Shown: one piece after another, positions 38,693-48,302 of the stretch
How the letters are laid out: the number at the start of each line of letters is the position of its first letter
How positions within the stretch are numbered: position 1 is the first letter of the stretch
Assembly (NCBI GenBank): GCA_963765205.1
Contig: CAVXVB010000005.1
Location: forward strand, 64,001-128,000
Length of the DNA stretch: 64,000 bases
Direction: 5' to 3'
Source of the DNA: an uncultured Verrucomicrobiae bacterium
GTDB lineage: Bacteria; Verrucomicrobiota; Verrucomicrobiia; Opitutales; JABDGR01
Translations under genes and position numbers: made by a program
The notes under the pieces: model-generated
Told to the model about the DNA's origin: nothing
Database searches by the model: none
The model's input: only the letters and a program-made list of their open reading frames with translations

Positions 38693-40489
38693 ATGTCTAC
38701 TCAGCGCTATTCCGTTACCCCTCATCCGATTGAAACCCTGTTGACTTGGGTAAAATCGGGAGAGATTGCTATTCCAGAAATCCAGCGGCCTTTCGTGTGG
38801 GAAGCCACCAAGGTGCGCAACCTGCTAGACTCCCTTTACCAAGGCTACCCGGTTGGGTATCTTATCGCTTGGCGAAACCCCACTGTGCGGCTCAAGGACG
38901 GCACACATTCCGCTGGCAAGCGCATACTGATTGACGGGCAACAACGCGTCACCGCCCTCATGGCAGCACTGCTCGGTCGCGAGGTCTTAACAAAAGACTA
39001 TGAGACGGTTAGAATTCGCATAGCATTTCACCCGCTTGAAGAGCGCTTTGAGGTGACAAACCCCGCCATCGCCAAGGATTCCGCGTGGCTTTCCGACGTT
39101 GCCGCTGTGTTTCACCCCGATGCCAGCATTAGCGAGCTCACTGACATTTATTGTGATCGCAATACTACGGCCGACCGTAAAGGAGTTTCCCGAGTCTTGG
39201 AAAAGCTTCGTAAAGTCATCAACAACCACGTCGGAATTATCGAGTTGGCAGAAGACCTCGACATTGAAACCGTAACGGAGATATTTATTCGGGTAAATTC
39301 AGCGGGTTCGCCACTTTCCCAGGCGGATTTTGCAATGTCAAAGATCGCAGCAAACGAGACCTACGGCGGCAATCTATTGCGCAAAGCAATTGATTATTTT
39401 TGCCATTTGGCAATCGCTCCCGAGTTTTTCAGTCGCATCAAGGAGGGTGATGCAAAATTCGCCAAGTCGGAATTCTTCCCGAAAATGACCTGGATAAAGG
39501 ATGTCAACGATGACATTTATGACCCATCTTATACTGACATGTTGCGCGTGGCGTTTACGTCAGAGTTTGGCCGGGGAAAGTTGCAAGACCTTGTGGCGTT
39601 GCTCTCGGGACGTAATTTCGAGACCAAAAAGTATGAAGATGCAATCGTGGAATCGTCGTTTGCCAAATTGAAGCAAGGTATTTTGAGATTCATCAATCAA
39701 ACGCATTTCGAGCGTTTTGTGATGATACTGCGTTCGGCTGGCTTTGTTAGCCGGGAGCTTATGGGCGGACAAAATGCAGTCAATTTTGCCTACATACTAT
39801 ATCTACGCGGACGCACTGAAGGTATGCCGCCTGCTGAAATCGAAAAGCTAGTTCGACAGTGGTATGTAATGAGCGTGCTGACAGGCCGCTACTCGGGTAA
39901 CCCGGAGACACTTTTCGACACAGATATGCGACAAATTGAGAAGCTGGGGTTGGCAACTTATTCCAAAACCATCATCGAAACCCAGTTGCCGGAAAGCTTT
40001 TGGTCAGCCCTGTTGCCCCAGCAAATGGATACTTCGTCAAGCATTAGCCCTTACTTCCTCGTTTTCCAAGCTGCCCAAGTCAAGCTGGGGGACAAAGGAT
40101 TTCTCTCGCGGGATATTACCGTGCGCGACTTGATCTTGAATCATAGCGATGTTCACCACCTTTTTCCGAAAAAGCATCTCAAAGCACTCGGCCTGAGCAA
40201 AGGTAGCTACAACCAGATAGCGAACTACGCCATTGCTCAAAGTGAAATCAACATAGCAATCGGTGGTAAAGCACCAGAGAAATATTTCGCTGATCTTACC
40301 AGTCAATGTCAGAGTGGCACTGTAAAATATGGCGGAATTACTGAGCCGAATGAATTGCAAGCAAACTTGCGCGAACACTGCATTCCGGCTGGATTGCCAG
40401 GCCCATTATCGAGCGACTATGAAGCCTTTTTGTTAGAACGGCGAAAGTTAATGGCTGAAAAGATTAGAACGTATTTTTTGAAGCTATAG
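38693..40489 (+). CDS. DUF262 (GmrS-like) + HNH/DUF1524-like protein, GmrSD-related
   Basis: [33 protein letters not shown]. Confidence 0.85.
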   Translation: MSTQRYSVTPHPIETLLTWVKSGEIAIPEIQRPFVWEATKVRNLLDSLYQGYPVGYLIAWRNPTVRLKDGTHSAGKRILIDGQQRVTALMAALLGREVLTKDYETVRIRIAFHPLEERFEVTNPAIAKDSAWLSDVAAVFHPDASISELTDIYCDRNTTADRKGVSRVLEKLRKVINNHVGIIELAEDLDIETVTEIFIRVNSAGSPLSQADFAMSKIAANETYGGNLLRKAIDYFCHLAIAPEFFSRIKEGDAKFAKSEFFPKMTWIKDVNDDIYDPSYTDMLRVAFTSEFGRGKLQDLVALLSGRNFETKKYEDAIVESSFAKLKQGILRFINQTHFERFVMILRSAGFVSRELMGGQNAVNFAYILYLRGRTEGMPPAEIEKLVRQWYVMSVLTGRYSGNPETLFDTDMRQIEKLGLATYSKTIIETQLPESFWSALLPQQMDTSSSISPYFLVFQAAQVKLGDKGFLSRDITVRDLILNHSDVHHLFPKKHLKALGLSKGSYNQIANYAIAQSEINIAIGGKAPEKYFADLTSQCQSGTVKYGGITEPNELQANLREHCIPAGLPGPLSSDYEAFLLERRKLMAEKIRTYFLKL

Positions 40490-40522
40490 TTTTCTGAATT
40501 GAGCAGATGGGGTGAGAGTCCG

Positions 40523-41593
40523 TTATGCGCTAATCGCACGCGGCCACTCGCTTATTCTGGCCCATTTCCGTTCGAGCCATGAAAGATATTTTTCAGGTCG
40601 TGGATTGGAATCTACTGCCCATTTCGATCCAAGTTTTTTGTCAGGCCATAAATGTAGGCGATTTTCAATTTCCAATTCCTTGCACAAATTCATTACTGTT
40701 TTGAGTGAATGAAGCGAATATTCCAACCAGCTTTCTCGGGTAGCAAATACCTCTGTGCGCAATTTAACGCCATGAAGACGTGCTTGCACGGCAATCCGGT
40801 CAACATTGTCCGCCCGGATATTGATAGGTTCATGGAAAATCGTCATCGGTTTGACGCCTTTTATCGCAATCAAAGTAGTTCTTAAATCTTGTTCATCGCA
40901 TTCAGGGTAAGTGGGCGCCATAGCCACATATAAATTGATTCCGATGTCCCTGGCTTTTTGCAATGTGGCGAGACGCGCCGATGGCGCTGGGGCCTTTGGC
41001 TCATATACCGTGGCTAGGTCGTTGCGCAAAGTCGGAAGGCTCATGCCAAACAACAAGCGATTTCCAAACGTCTTGAATAAGTCGAAATGTTGACGTGCAA
41101 GCGGGCTACGGGTCATTATCCTCACATTCAGTGTGGATTCGTCCCGAATGAGGACAAGTGCGCGGCGAACTGTGTCCATGCCTTGTTGAGTGAGTTGCTT
41201 TGCGCGGGCGGGGTCAGGGTGATGAAAAACTTGGTATGGGTCGGTGGTGGTGCAAAGCATAACCGCCCGGTTTCCGTCGGGGTTAAGTTGCAATTTTGGT
41301 GTCCTCTCTGCGGCTAAAAGTGATGCGCGAAACTTTTGTTCGTCCCAGGGTCGCAGTAAAACATAGGAACCCCATTCAGCATCCGGGTCTTCTACGCCAT
41401 ACCGCGCGAGGCTTCGGGCCTGTTTGTTCGTGGAGGCGCTTGGAACGTAGCAGAAACGGCAGCCGTGACCGCAGCCGATGGCGATGTTTAGCGACCAATT
41501 CGACAACGACTTGTGGACAAAGTTGTTCGGGGAAATAATCGCTGGATGCGACCAAAGCCCCACTGAGTTTTCGGTTGGTTCAATTGTTTTCAT
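40523..41593 (-). CDS. Radical SAM protein (spore photoproduct lyase-like)
   Basis: GCGHGCRFCY (CxxxCxxC), TTTDPYQ, TRSPL, EPKAP.PSARL. Confidence 0.85.
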   Translation of the reverse strand: MKTIEPTENSVGLWSHPAIISPNNFVHKSLSNWSLNIAIGCGHGCRFCYVPSASTNKQARSLARYGVEDPDAEWGSYVLLRPWDEQKFRASLLAAERTPKLQLNPDGNRAVMLCTTTDPYQVFHHPDPARAKQLTQQGMDTVRRALVLIRDESTLNVRIMTRSPLARQHFDLFKTFGNRLLFGMSLPTLRNDLATVYEPKAPAPSARLATLQKARDIGINLYVAMAPTYPECDEQDLRTTLIAIKGVKPMTIFHEPINIRADNVDRIAVQARLHGVKLRTEVFATRESWLEYSLHSLKTVMNLCKELEIENRLHLWPDKKLGSKWAVDSNPRPEKYLSWLERKWARISEWPRAISA

Positions 41594-42474
41594 GGATTGC
41601 GGTATCCTTTGAAAATGTGGCTGGCGATCTTATCGCCAGTTTTGTTGTTGCTCGCAAAAAACAAGTAATAGACCACCGCATTTTGTGAATTTTTCATCGG
41701 GACCGGCTTTGGCACAAATTTGAATCCGCCAACCTCTTTCAGTCGTTTTTGAAAAGCTGCGACTAACGCTTCATTGTCATTCTTTTCAAGTTCCGGCGAA
41801 TTGTCAGCTAGGCCGGAAAGTGTGCCGTGGAAGTTACCTTGGGAGCTCGGTGCATACATCGCGGCGTGCCAGCTTTCATCGCCCCAAAACGCCGTCATAC
41901 GTCCTCGGTGGTCGGGGTCAATTTCCGCAATGTTCTTTTTCTTCGCGTTGCGATTGATGTCCATCACCGGAAAATTTAGAAAAATCTCAATGGATTTCAT
42001 TCCACCGGCAGTAGCCAACACGTTCCATTTGAGGCCCAGCCCATACGGGTCAAGAAAGCAGAGTGCACGGCGGTAGTCCTCAAATTTGAATTTTGGAAAG
42101 AGTTGGCTAAGAAGCACATCGTTACAATCACCCAGAATGACATGGGCGTTCGCTCGATCTTCGCACATCTTCTTTAAGCGTTGAACTCGCGCCGGGTCTA
42201 AATCGATGAAATAATACTCATCGAAACGATTTGCCAAATTCAAGGCGTTAAGTGGGCTGCCAGCAACGATTTCGCCGGTATTTTTATGAACATGTTCTCC
42301 CGCGCCAGCAAATCCGTCAATATATCCAAAATGAAATTTCTGCGTGTTGCCGCGACCAGCCCCCTGGCTTTGCAAGATGGTGGAGTATTGTCCGGCGTAA
42401 GCCTTGACAATATTGAGCTTTGCGACTGACCAATCGCCGATCTCGTCGAGATTCGATGTTTGGGTCTTTTTCAT
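41590..42474 (-). CDS. tcmP: Three-Cys-motif partner protein (TcmP, methyltransferase-like)
   Basis: IGDWSVAKL, YIDGFAGAG, GSPL, GDCN, FLDPYG, YYLFFAS. Coupled to a radical SAM gene. Confidence 0.8.
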   Translation of the reverse strand: MKKTQTSNLDEIGDWSVAKLNIVKAYAGQYSTILQSQGAGRGNTQKFHFGYIDGFAGAGEHVHKNTGEIVAGSPLNALNLANRFDEYYFIDLDPARVQRLKKMCEDRANAHVILGDCNDVLLSQLFPKFKFEDYRRALCFLDPYGLGLKWNVLATAGGMKSIEIFLNFPVMDINRNAKKKNIAEIDPDHRGRMTAFWGDESWHAAMYAPSSQGNFHGTLSGLADNSPELEKNDNEALVAAFQKRLKEVGGFKFVPKPVPMKNSQNAVVYYLFFASNNKTGDKIASHIFKGYRNP

Positions 42475-42724
42475 CGGGTAGTTCCGGCGACTATGAAGGT
42501 TGCTCGCGTTTTTAGCGAGGTAGATTTGTCGGACAGGGAAGTCCTTAGCCAAACGATTATCATGTGAGTTCGCGCGGGGTCTGCGATGGCCCGTTGCCAC
42601 TTACGGAATCGCAGCCTAGGGCAGCGGGCGGACGATAAGTGTGGTGAGGCGAAATAGACACCAAGTGGCATTGAGATTTTGATAGTTACCGCCGAATGGT
42701 GCGGCAAAAAAATCCGATTTTAAA

Positions 42725-42822
42725 TTGCCCAAAGTTGCCCAAAAAATCCTGATTCTTTGAAAAATAAATCGGCGGCAGGGCGCTATACCCTGCTACCTAA
42801 AGTTGCCCAAAAGTTGTCCAAA
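42725..42822 (+). repeat. Integrase arm-type direct repeats TTG(C/T)CCAAA
   Basis: Copies at 42725, 42735, 42803 and 42814, plus an inverted copy TTTGGACAA at 42971. Confidence 0.55.
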
Positions 42823-42938
42823 ATGTTGTTTTTAGTTGCTTTTTCTTGGAACTGCATGTATCTTGGTTCTTGTTCTAAATCATTAACAATCAACTAAGTC
42901 CGCGTTTATTAGGGACTTAGTTTCGCGGGGGAAATTAT

Positions 42939-42962
42939 GTTCGAGTCCCTGTTCTCCCACCA
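42939..42962 (+). mobile_element. att site: duplicated tRNA 3' end (T-loop to CCA)
   Basis: GTTCGAGTCCCTGTTCTCCCACCA fits tRNA positions 53-76 exactly. The upstream sequence lacks the matching T-stem strand and D-arm, so this is not a whole tRNA. Confidence 0.75.
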
Positions 42963-43197
42963 CTTTCAGTTTTGGACAATCTTGGACGGCCAGGGACGGC
43001 AGTGGATAAACTGCCTCATTTTCAACGGGTTGTGAACCCACCGTTAAGTTTTGAGAATTTTTAGGATGGACATCTATTTCCTTAAAAACCCCTTTTTGAC
43101 CACTTTTTAGTGGCTGAGGAAGTGAAACTGGCGCGGGGTTGGGGGTGCCAACTTTGACGAGGTTTGCCAGCATTTCGATGCCCTCCCGCAAGGGGAA

Positions 43198-43290
43198 CCG
43201 TTTTGACGCTTTTACGCAGCAGTTTCGCCACCTCTGCTAGAGTAAGCGGCGGCTCAAAGTTGGTGGGAAGGGGAGTGTTAGCGTAAGCAC
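43198..43290 (-). pseudogene. Excisionase-like HTH remnant
   Basis: EPPLTLAEVAKLLRKSVKTV then loss of similarity, about 240 bp from the att site. Confidence 0.45.
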
Positions 43291-43307
43291 CAACATTAGA
43301 TGAGGAC

Positions 43308-44000
43308 TTAATTATTTGATGGGCTCGAAACGGGAATAGGCGAATGCATAAAGGCATTTTTCTCTGCGGCCCGCAGCAACTCGCGCACTTCTTCGTCCGT
43401 GGTTTGGGAAAAATCTACATACCATTCGCCGACGCTGGAAAATTTCTCGGGAGTAATCAGCGCGACGACTTCGTCCGCCTCCGTGCGCAATTTACGGCAG
43501 GTTGCCTCCGCCGCGGTGGGCACGGCAACGATGATGCGCCGCGGTTTCTGTTTGCGCACGGCGGCAACGGCGGCGCACATGGTGGCGCCCGTCGCCAAAC
43601 CGTCATCCACCAAAATGACGACTTGTCCGGCAACTTGGGGAAACGGGCGGTGGTCGCGATAGGCTTGCTGGCGGCGGGTCAGTTCATGCTCTTCGCTGGC
43701 AGTTGCGGCCTCGATTTCAATGGGCGAAATTTGCAGTTCCCGGATCACTTCCTCGTTTAGCAGCCGGCCGCCACCGGCGGCAATGGCCCCCATCGCCAGT
43801 TCCTCATGGCCGGGCACGCCCAGTTTGCGCACGGCAATAATGTCCAACGGGGCTTGCAAGCGCTGGGCCACGGCAAATCCCACGGGCACACCCCCGCGCG
43901 GCAGCGCCAGCACAATTACATCTGCACGATGGGCGTAATTTCTCAGCTTTGTCGCCAAGAGCTGTCCCGCTTCGATTCGGTTGCGAAATCGCATATTCAT
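43308..44000 (-). CDS. Type I phosphoribosyltransferase family protein
   Basis: FRNRIEAG, LALPRGGVPV, VILVDDGLATGAT. Confidence 0.9.
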   Translation of the reverse strand: MNMRFRNRIEAGQLLATKLRNYAHRADVIVLALPRGGVPVGFAVAQRLQAPLDIIAVRKLGVPGHEELAMGAIAAGGGRLLNEEVIRELQISPIEIEAATASEEHELTRRQQAYRDHRPFPQVAGQVVILVDDGLATGATMCAAVAAVRKQKPRRIIVAVPTAAEATCRKLRTEADEVVALITPEKFSSVGEWYVDFSQTTDEEVRELLRAAEKNAFMHSPIPVSSPSNN

Positions 44001-44036
44001 GATGGAGCCTTTTGTTGTCTGACAATTTTTGAAAAG

Positions 44037-44801
44037 TTAATCCCGTTCGTTTAAATAACGTTCAAACCATCCTGCGGCCAAGACAGCCACCTGTTCCAGG
44101 GCTCCCGGCTCCTCAAATAAATGGGTTGCGCCCGGAATGATTTCGAGTTGCTTTTCACAGGTCAATTGGGCGTAGGCTGTCCGATTCAAGTGCAATACTT
44201 CTTCGTCGGCCCCGCCCACAATGAGCAAAGTCGGGCTGCATACTCCCGGCAATGCGCTCCCGGCCAAATCTGGACGACCACCGCGGGAAACCACGGCTTC
44301 AACAACCAAGCCCAATTCCGCCGCCGCCACCAAGGCCGCCGCTGCGCCGGTGCTTGCGCCGAAATATCCGATGTCCATCTGCCGGGTGGTGGGCTGCCGG
44401 AGAATCCATTGCGTGGCTTGGGACAAGCGCTCCGCGAGCAAATCGATGTCAAAGCGCAGATGCCCATCAATGGCGTCGGCGGCTTCTTCGTTTGGCGACA
44501 ATAAGTCGAATAGCAATGTGGCGAGACCAGCGGCTTGAATTGTCCGCGCCACAAACTGGTTGCGGGGGCTGCGACGGCTGCTGCCGCTGCCGTGGGCAAA
44601 CAACACCACGCCGACTGCGCCAGCCGGGATGATGAGGTCACCCGCCAGCGTCGCTTCCCCCGCCGGGATGGTAACGGAACCGGGCCAGTGGTTCAAGCTG
44701 GCTCCGGCCTCGCCTCGGCTGGGGGCCTGGACGCGCGGGTTTCCGCTCAGATAGGTTGGGCGACAATTCCATGGGTGTTCTCCATGTCTTTCCGTTCGCA
44801 A
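44037..44801 (-). CDS. Dienelactone-hydrolase-like alpha/beta hydrolase (start uncertain)
   Basis: FAHGSGSSR.SPRN, GYFGASTG, VSRGGRPD, GATHLFEE. Confidence 0.85.
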   Translation of the reverse strand: MRTERHGEHPWNCRPTYLSGNPRVQAPSRGEAGASLNHWPGSVTIPAGEATLAGDLIIPAGAVGVVLFAHGSGSSRRSPRNQFVARTIQAAGLATLLFDLLSPNEEAADAIDGHLRFDIDLLAERLSQATQWILRQPTTRQMDIGYFGASTGAAAALVAAAELGLVVEAVVSRGGRPDLAGSALPGVCSPTLLIVGGADEEVLHLNRTAYAQLTCEKQLEIIPGATHLFEEPGALEQVAVLAAGWFERYLNERD

Positions 44802-45184
44802 CCGGTTTGATGGTGCGAGAATTGAGGAATATGGATCAAAATTTCGTTTCCGTCTGGATGCAGATTTTCGCCCAACGCCCAGTGGGTGTCGTTCAGCGTG
44901 AATTTGAATGCTTTGGGCGGGCTATCCGCCGGATAAGCATAGACCCAGCGGTCGTCTCCAACGCAGTATAAGGGTGCGCCCATATCCCAGCTTAGATTTC
45001 CACCCTCGCCGCGAATATAGACGCTGTTACCCCAGCCAACATTCGCCAAGGCAACAATGTGATGCAGTGGTTTCGGTGCCGGAGAATCCTGCACGACTGA
45101 TTCTGGCGAAGCAGGCAACTGTTTTGGTTGCCGGCGATCCCTTCTGGGCATTTTAGCCGGTCTTTCGATGGTTGCTGTATTCAT
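44747..45184 (-). CDS. Hypothetical protein with CBM20-like beta domain (paralog 1)
   Basis: ANVGWGNSVYIRGEGGNLSWDMG...FKFTLND..W..GEN. Confidence 0.6.
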   Translation of the reverse strand: MNTATIERPAKMPRRDRRQPKQLPASPESVVQDSPAPKPLHHIVALANVGWGNSVYIRGEGGNLSWDMGAPLYCVGDDRWVYAYPADSPPKAFKFTLNDTHWALGENLHPDGNEILIHIPQFSHHQTGCERKDMENTHGIVAQPI

Positions 45185-45593
45185 TGTGAATGTCCTCGCT
45201 TTATTTGGTGATTAGAAAGCTTCTCCATTCATCGCAAAGTCCGGCAATGCCGTTACACCGCCCACCAAGATTGGAAGCCTTGACCGCCTCGAGAAAGATG
45301 GTGGCGCAAACGCTGTCGTGCGCCCGAGGCGGCAATATCGGCCCGAAAATCGTGGGCGCTCGTGGGTTGGTGATGGCATTGCACGGGAAAACCATGCCGT
45401 TCGGCGATAATATGGCGAACGGACGGGTGAAATGGCGACGTATGGCACCACGGCGCGGGACTCGCCATCAGGCGGGCGCGTTGCGGCCCAAACCGGGCGT
45501 TAAGTTGATGTTCGGTGAAGGGCATGGTCAGTGTAAGATAGATTTTGGGTTTGGGTGACGTAAGGCTTCCGGCGACTTTTGGCCCATTCGGCA

Positions 45594-46010
45594 TCACGGA
45601 AATTCCGGCATAAATGTCGAGAATTCCTCCACCGAAACAATGCAATTATCCCCGAACGCCCAGTCTTTATCGTTGCGCAAAAACTTAATTTCACGCGGCG
45701 CATTTTCTTCCGGAAAAGAAATAACCCAATGCTCGTTCGTGAGGCAATCTAGTGGCATGCCGACATCCCAACTCAAACCTCCGCCGTCGCCGCGTAGGTA
45801 GATCGCATTACCCCAGCCAACATCGACATGGGCGATAATGTGCTTACGTTTCTTTTTGGGATGAATATAGTCCGGCATTCTCTTGGCCAGGGCGGTTTGC
45901 TGAGGAGCACGAACTGCCGATACGGGCTTGGCTTTGTTGGCCGGAGACTTGGCGGAAGTCGTGGACGGTTTGTGGGCGGTCTTTTTGGGGGCTGTAGTGG
46001 TTGTGTCCAT
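45594..46010 (-). CDS. Hypothetical protein with Lys/Ala/Pro-rich N-tail and CBM20-like domain (paralog 2)
   Basis: VDVGWGNAIYLRGDGGGLSWDVG...KFLRND..W..GDN. Confidence 0.65.
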   Translation of the reverse strand: MDTTTTAPKKTAHKPSTTSAKSPANKAKPVSAVRAPQQTALAKRMPDYIHPKKKRKHIIAHVDVGWGNAIYLRGDGGGLSWDVGMPLDCLTNEHWVISFPEENAPREIKFLRNDKDWAFGDNCIVSVEEFSTFMPEFP

Positions 46011-46056
46011 GGCTGAAGCTTTAGTAATGAAAAATGAAAACAAATGTTCAGACGGG

Positions 46057-46398
46057 CTAACCAGCCAGCATGGCCTCAAAGCCAGAGCGGGCATGGTGGT
46101 TAATCGCCGTTTTTCTATTCTTGAACCGGCTGATTTTTTCCTTGAGTTTGGGCATGAGCAAATCCACGGCCTCGTAGGTATCCTGCGCTCTGGCTTCCGC
46201 ATGCATGACTTTGCCACCTGCAATTAAATTCACCTCGGCCTGAAAAATCAGGCCCGCATGATGATGCGGATCGCGATCAAAAAAAAAGTGGGCCTCGAGC
46301 GGGTGCATGAATTTTTCGAGCTGCCCCATGCGCCTTTGGACATACATTTGCAGGAATGTTGTCACCTCCAGATTCTTGCCTTTAATTGAAATGGTCAT
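46057..46398 (-). CDS. hpf: Ribosome hibernation promoting factor (HPF/RaiA)
   Basis: ISIKGKNLEVT..L..YV, AEVNL, AEA.AQDTYEAVD. Confidence 0.85.
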   Translation of the reverse strand: MTISIKGKNLEVTTFLQMYVQRRMGQLEKFMHPLEAHFFFDRDPHHHAGLIFQAEVNLIAGGKVMHAEARAQDTYEAVDLLMPKLKEKISRFKNRKTAINHHARSGFEAMLAG

Positions 46399-46464
46399 GG
46401 CTGGCCTTGGTTGAATAGTTGCCGAGTGAAAAGGCCCCGGGTACGGGGAAGGGCCGCGCGGCGG

Positions 46465-46497
46465 CCCTCACGGCGGAGATTTGATCCGCCGTGAGGC
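46465..46497 (-). terminator. GC-rich hairpin downstream of hsp20
   Basis: CCTCACGGCGGA-GATTTGA-TCCGCCGTGAGG perfect stem, but no adjacent U-tract. Confidence 0.45.
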
Positions 46498-46509
46498 CGG
46501 GGCGCACCT

Positions 46510-46962
46510 TCAGGCGATTTTAACTTCGATTTGCTTGGGTTTGGCCTTTTCGCCCTTGGGCAGATGGACGCGCAGCAGGCCGTCCTTGAATTCGGCGTTC
46601 ACCTTGCCGGCGTCCGCGTCATCAGGCACGCTGAAGCTGCGATAGTAGCTGCCGTAGGCGCGTTCGACGCGGTGATACTTCTTGCCCTTCTCCTCCTTCT
46701 CGAACTTGCGTTCGCCAGAGATGGAGAGCACGCCGTTTTCGACGTTGACGTGAACGTCTTCCTTTTTCACATCGGGCAATTCCGCCTTGATGGCGTATTC
46801 CTTGTCATCTTCGGTGATGTCCACCAACGGTGACCATTCAGCCACGGTCAGGGATTCCTCGTGGCCATTGCCAGGAGCTGAGGTGCGATTAAAGAGCGTG
46901 GAAAGACGATTTTGCGCGTCCTCCAGCTCGCGGAACGGATTCCAACGAACGAGTGTATTCAT
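46510..46962 (-). CDS. Hsp20/alpha-crystallin small heat-shock protein
   Basis: RWNPFREL, PLVDITE, AELP, LSISGER, ERAYGSYYRSF, A.FKDGLL.V.LPK. Confidence 0.95.
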   Translation of the reverse strand: MNTLVRWNPFRELEDAQNRLSTLFNRTSAPGNGHEESLTVAEWSPLVDITEDDKEYAIKAELPDVKKEDVHVNVENGVLSISGERKFEKEEKGKKYHRVERAYGSYYRSFSVPDDADAGKVNAEFKDGLLRVHLPKGEKAKPKQIEVKIA

Positions 46963-47004
46963 GGTTTTATTTTCCAGTTGAGGTGATACAAACAAAAATT
47001 GGGC

Positions 47005-47454
47005 TTAGGCTTTGCCGCCGAAGGTCACGAAATCGTCGAGATCCAGCAGGTCGAGCACGGTGACGACATCCTCGCGCCGGGGTGCCACCTCACTCTGCAT
47101 CTGTTGAAGGTGCGAACGCATGGCGACGCTCGACGGGGCGCGGGCTTCCAGAAACGCCGACCAGGCGGCGATTTCCTGCGGTGAATGTTTGTGTTTAGCA
47201 TGGGCTTCAACCCACGCGAGGATTTCGCCATCGCCTTTTCCTTTGGCCACTTCCTTTTTTAAAGCGGCGGCGGCGATGCCGGCAAAATTCAGGAAATTTT
47301 GATCCAGCGGGCAGTTGTATTGATATTCGCCGTTTTTATGAGCGAGAGTGGCGCGGCATTTGTCGAGCATCCGCGGCAGCGTAACGTATCCGCCAAGCCG
47401 GACACGGGGACCGCGCGGAGCGCGCTGGGTGAGATCGGGAGCGGAGTTAGTCAT
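47005..47454 (-). CDS. DUF5069-like protein
   Basis: PDLT..APR.P..RLGGY..LPRMLDK.RA, GEY.YNCPLD. Confidence 0.7.
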   Translation of the reverse strand: MTNSAPDLTQRAPRGPRVRLGGYVTLPRMLDKCRATLAHKNGEYQYNCPLDQNFLNFAGIAAAALKKEVAKGKGDGEILAWVEAHAKHKHSPQEIAAWSAFLEARAPSSVAMRSHLQQMQSEVAPRREDVVTVLDLLDLDDFVTFGGKA

Positions 47455-47577
47455 GGTGTTTTTTCAGTGGTGGTGAATGGCGTGAAGGTTTAGTCAGCCG
47501 TTTTGCGGTTCGAGAGTTATGGTTGGTGATGGAAGAAAATAATCTCAACTGGGCGATTGCGTCATGGACACTTTGCC

Positions 47578-48090
47578 CTAGCCGACCACATCCAGCCGTC
47601 CAGTCATCTCAATTTCTTCCTCCGGGTCGTCCTGCGGCGCGAAGAAATCCAGCCCCATGGCCTGGGCGGTTTTTTTCAAAAACTGGTAACGCGGTGAATC
47701 TGGCGCATCCAATCTTTCATTGGATGTGAGCAGGGCGACGATGGCCGCATGGCCTTTGCGGGGCTGAGTGGTGTAATCTTTAATCCATTTTTTAAGGGCC
47801 GCAGGCAAATCACCCGGTCCGTTAAAGGAGGCGATGACCATGTCCGCCACGCGGGCATCAAATAGGGCGTGGTCAAAACAAGCGGGGTCTTCCATGTAGT
47901 TAAACCGCATTGGCTGCACGTGTTGGCGCAGGCGGCCATTAAATTTATCACCGAGACGGTCGAGGGTTTGCGCCGCGCGCAAGGTGGCATGCATGTCATT
48001 ATAAATAATGACGACAGACAGGGGACAGGCGTCATTCGCCTTGCCCAAGAAGGAGGCATACTCGTTGGTGATTTGGGGTAAGCATTGCAT
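47578..48090 (-). CDS. Hypothetical protein
   Basis: 170-aa ORF, co-oriented with its neighbours and divergent from the esterase/ppsA operon. Confidence 0.55.
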   Translation of the reverse strand: MQCLPQITNEYASFLGKANDACPLSVVIIYNDMHATLRAAQTLDRLGDKFNGRLRQHVQPMRFNYMEDPACFDHALFDARVADMVIASFNGPGDLPAALKKWIKDYTTQPRKGHAAIVALLTSNERLDAPDSPRYQFLKKTAQAMGLDFFAPQDDPEEEIEMTGRLDVVG

Positions 48091-48302
48091 GATGCACCGA
48101 GCTTACCCTAAATTTTGAAAGTGTCTATTGGGCCTATGGATATGCTTCATTAGGGAAATTGCTTAGGGGGATAACCCCCAGGTTTGCTGGCCGCGATTAC
48201 CGCTGGCTTTACCCGATAGGGATTTTGCCTAGCGTGTTTCAGCCTTCGCTCCAATATACATCCCGGCCATTTAGGAGTAAGCTGGGGAAAAAGACAAAAT
48301 CC

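Larger units (their letters stand above)
1..42962. mobile_element. Right portion of an integrative conjugative element
   Basis: T4CP + VirB-like operon, mutasome and defence cargo, ending at a tRNA-derived att site. Integrase and relaxase are not in the window. Confidence 0.7.

Noticed and set aside
42880..42962. Intact tRNA gene
   Set aside because: Only positions 53-76 are present, so the isotype cannot be assigned.
45201..45645. Overlapping short ORFs between the two CBM20-like paralogs
   Set aside because: Several frames are open and none has recognisable motifs, so I cannot choose one.
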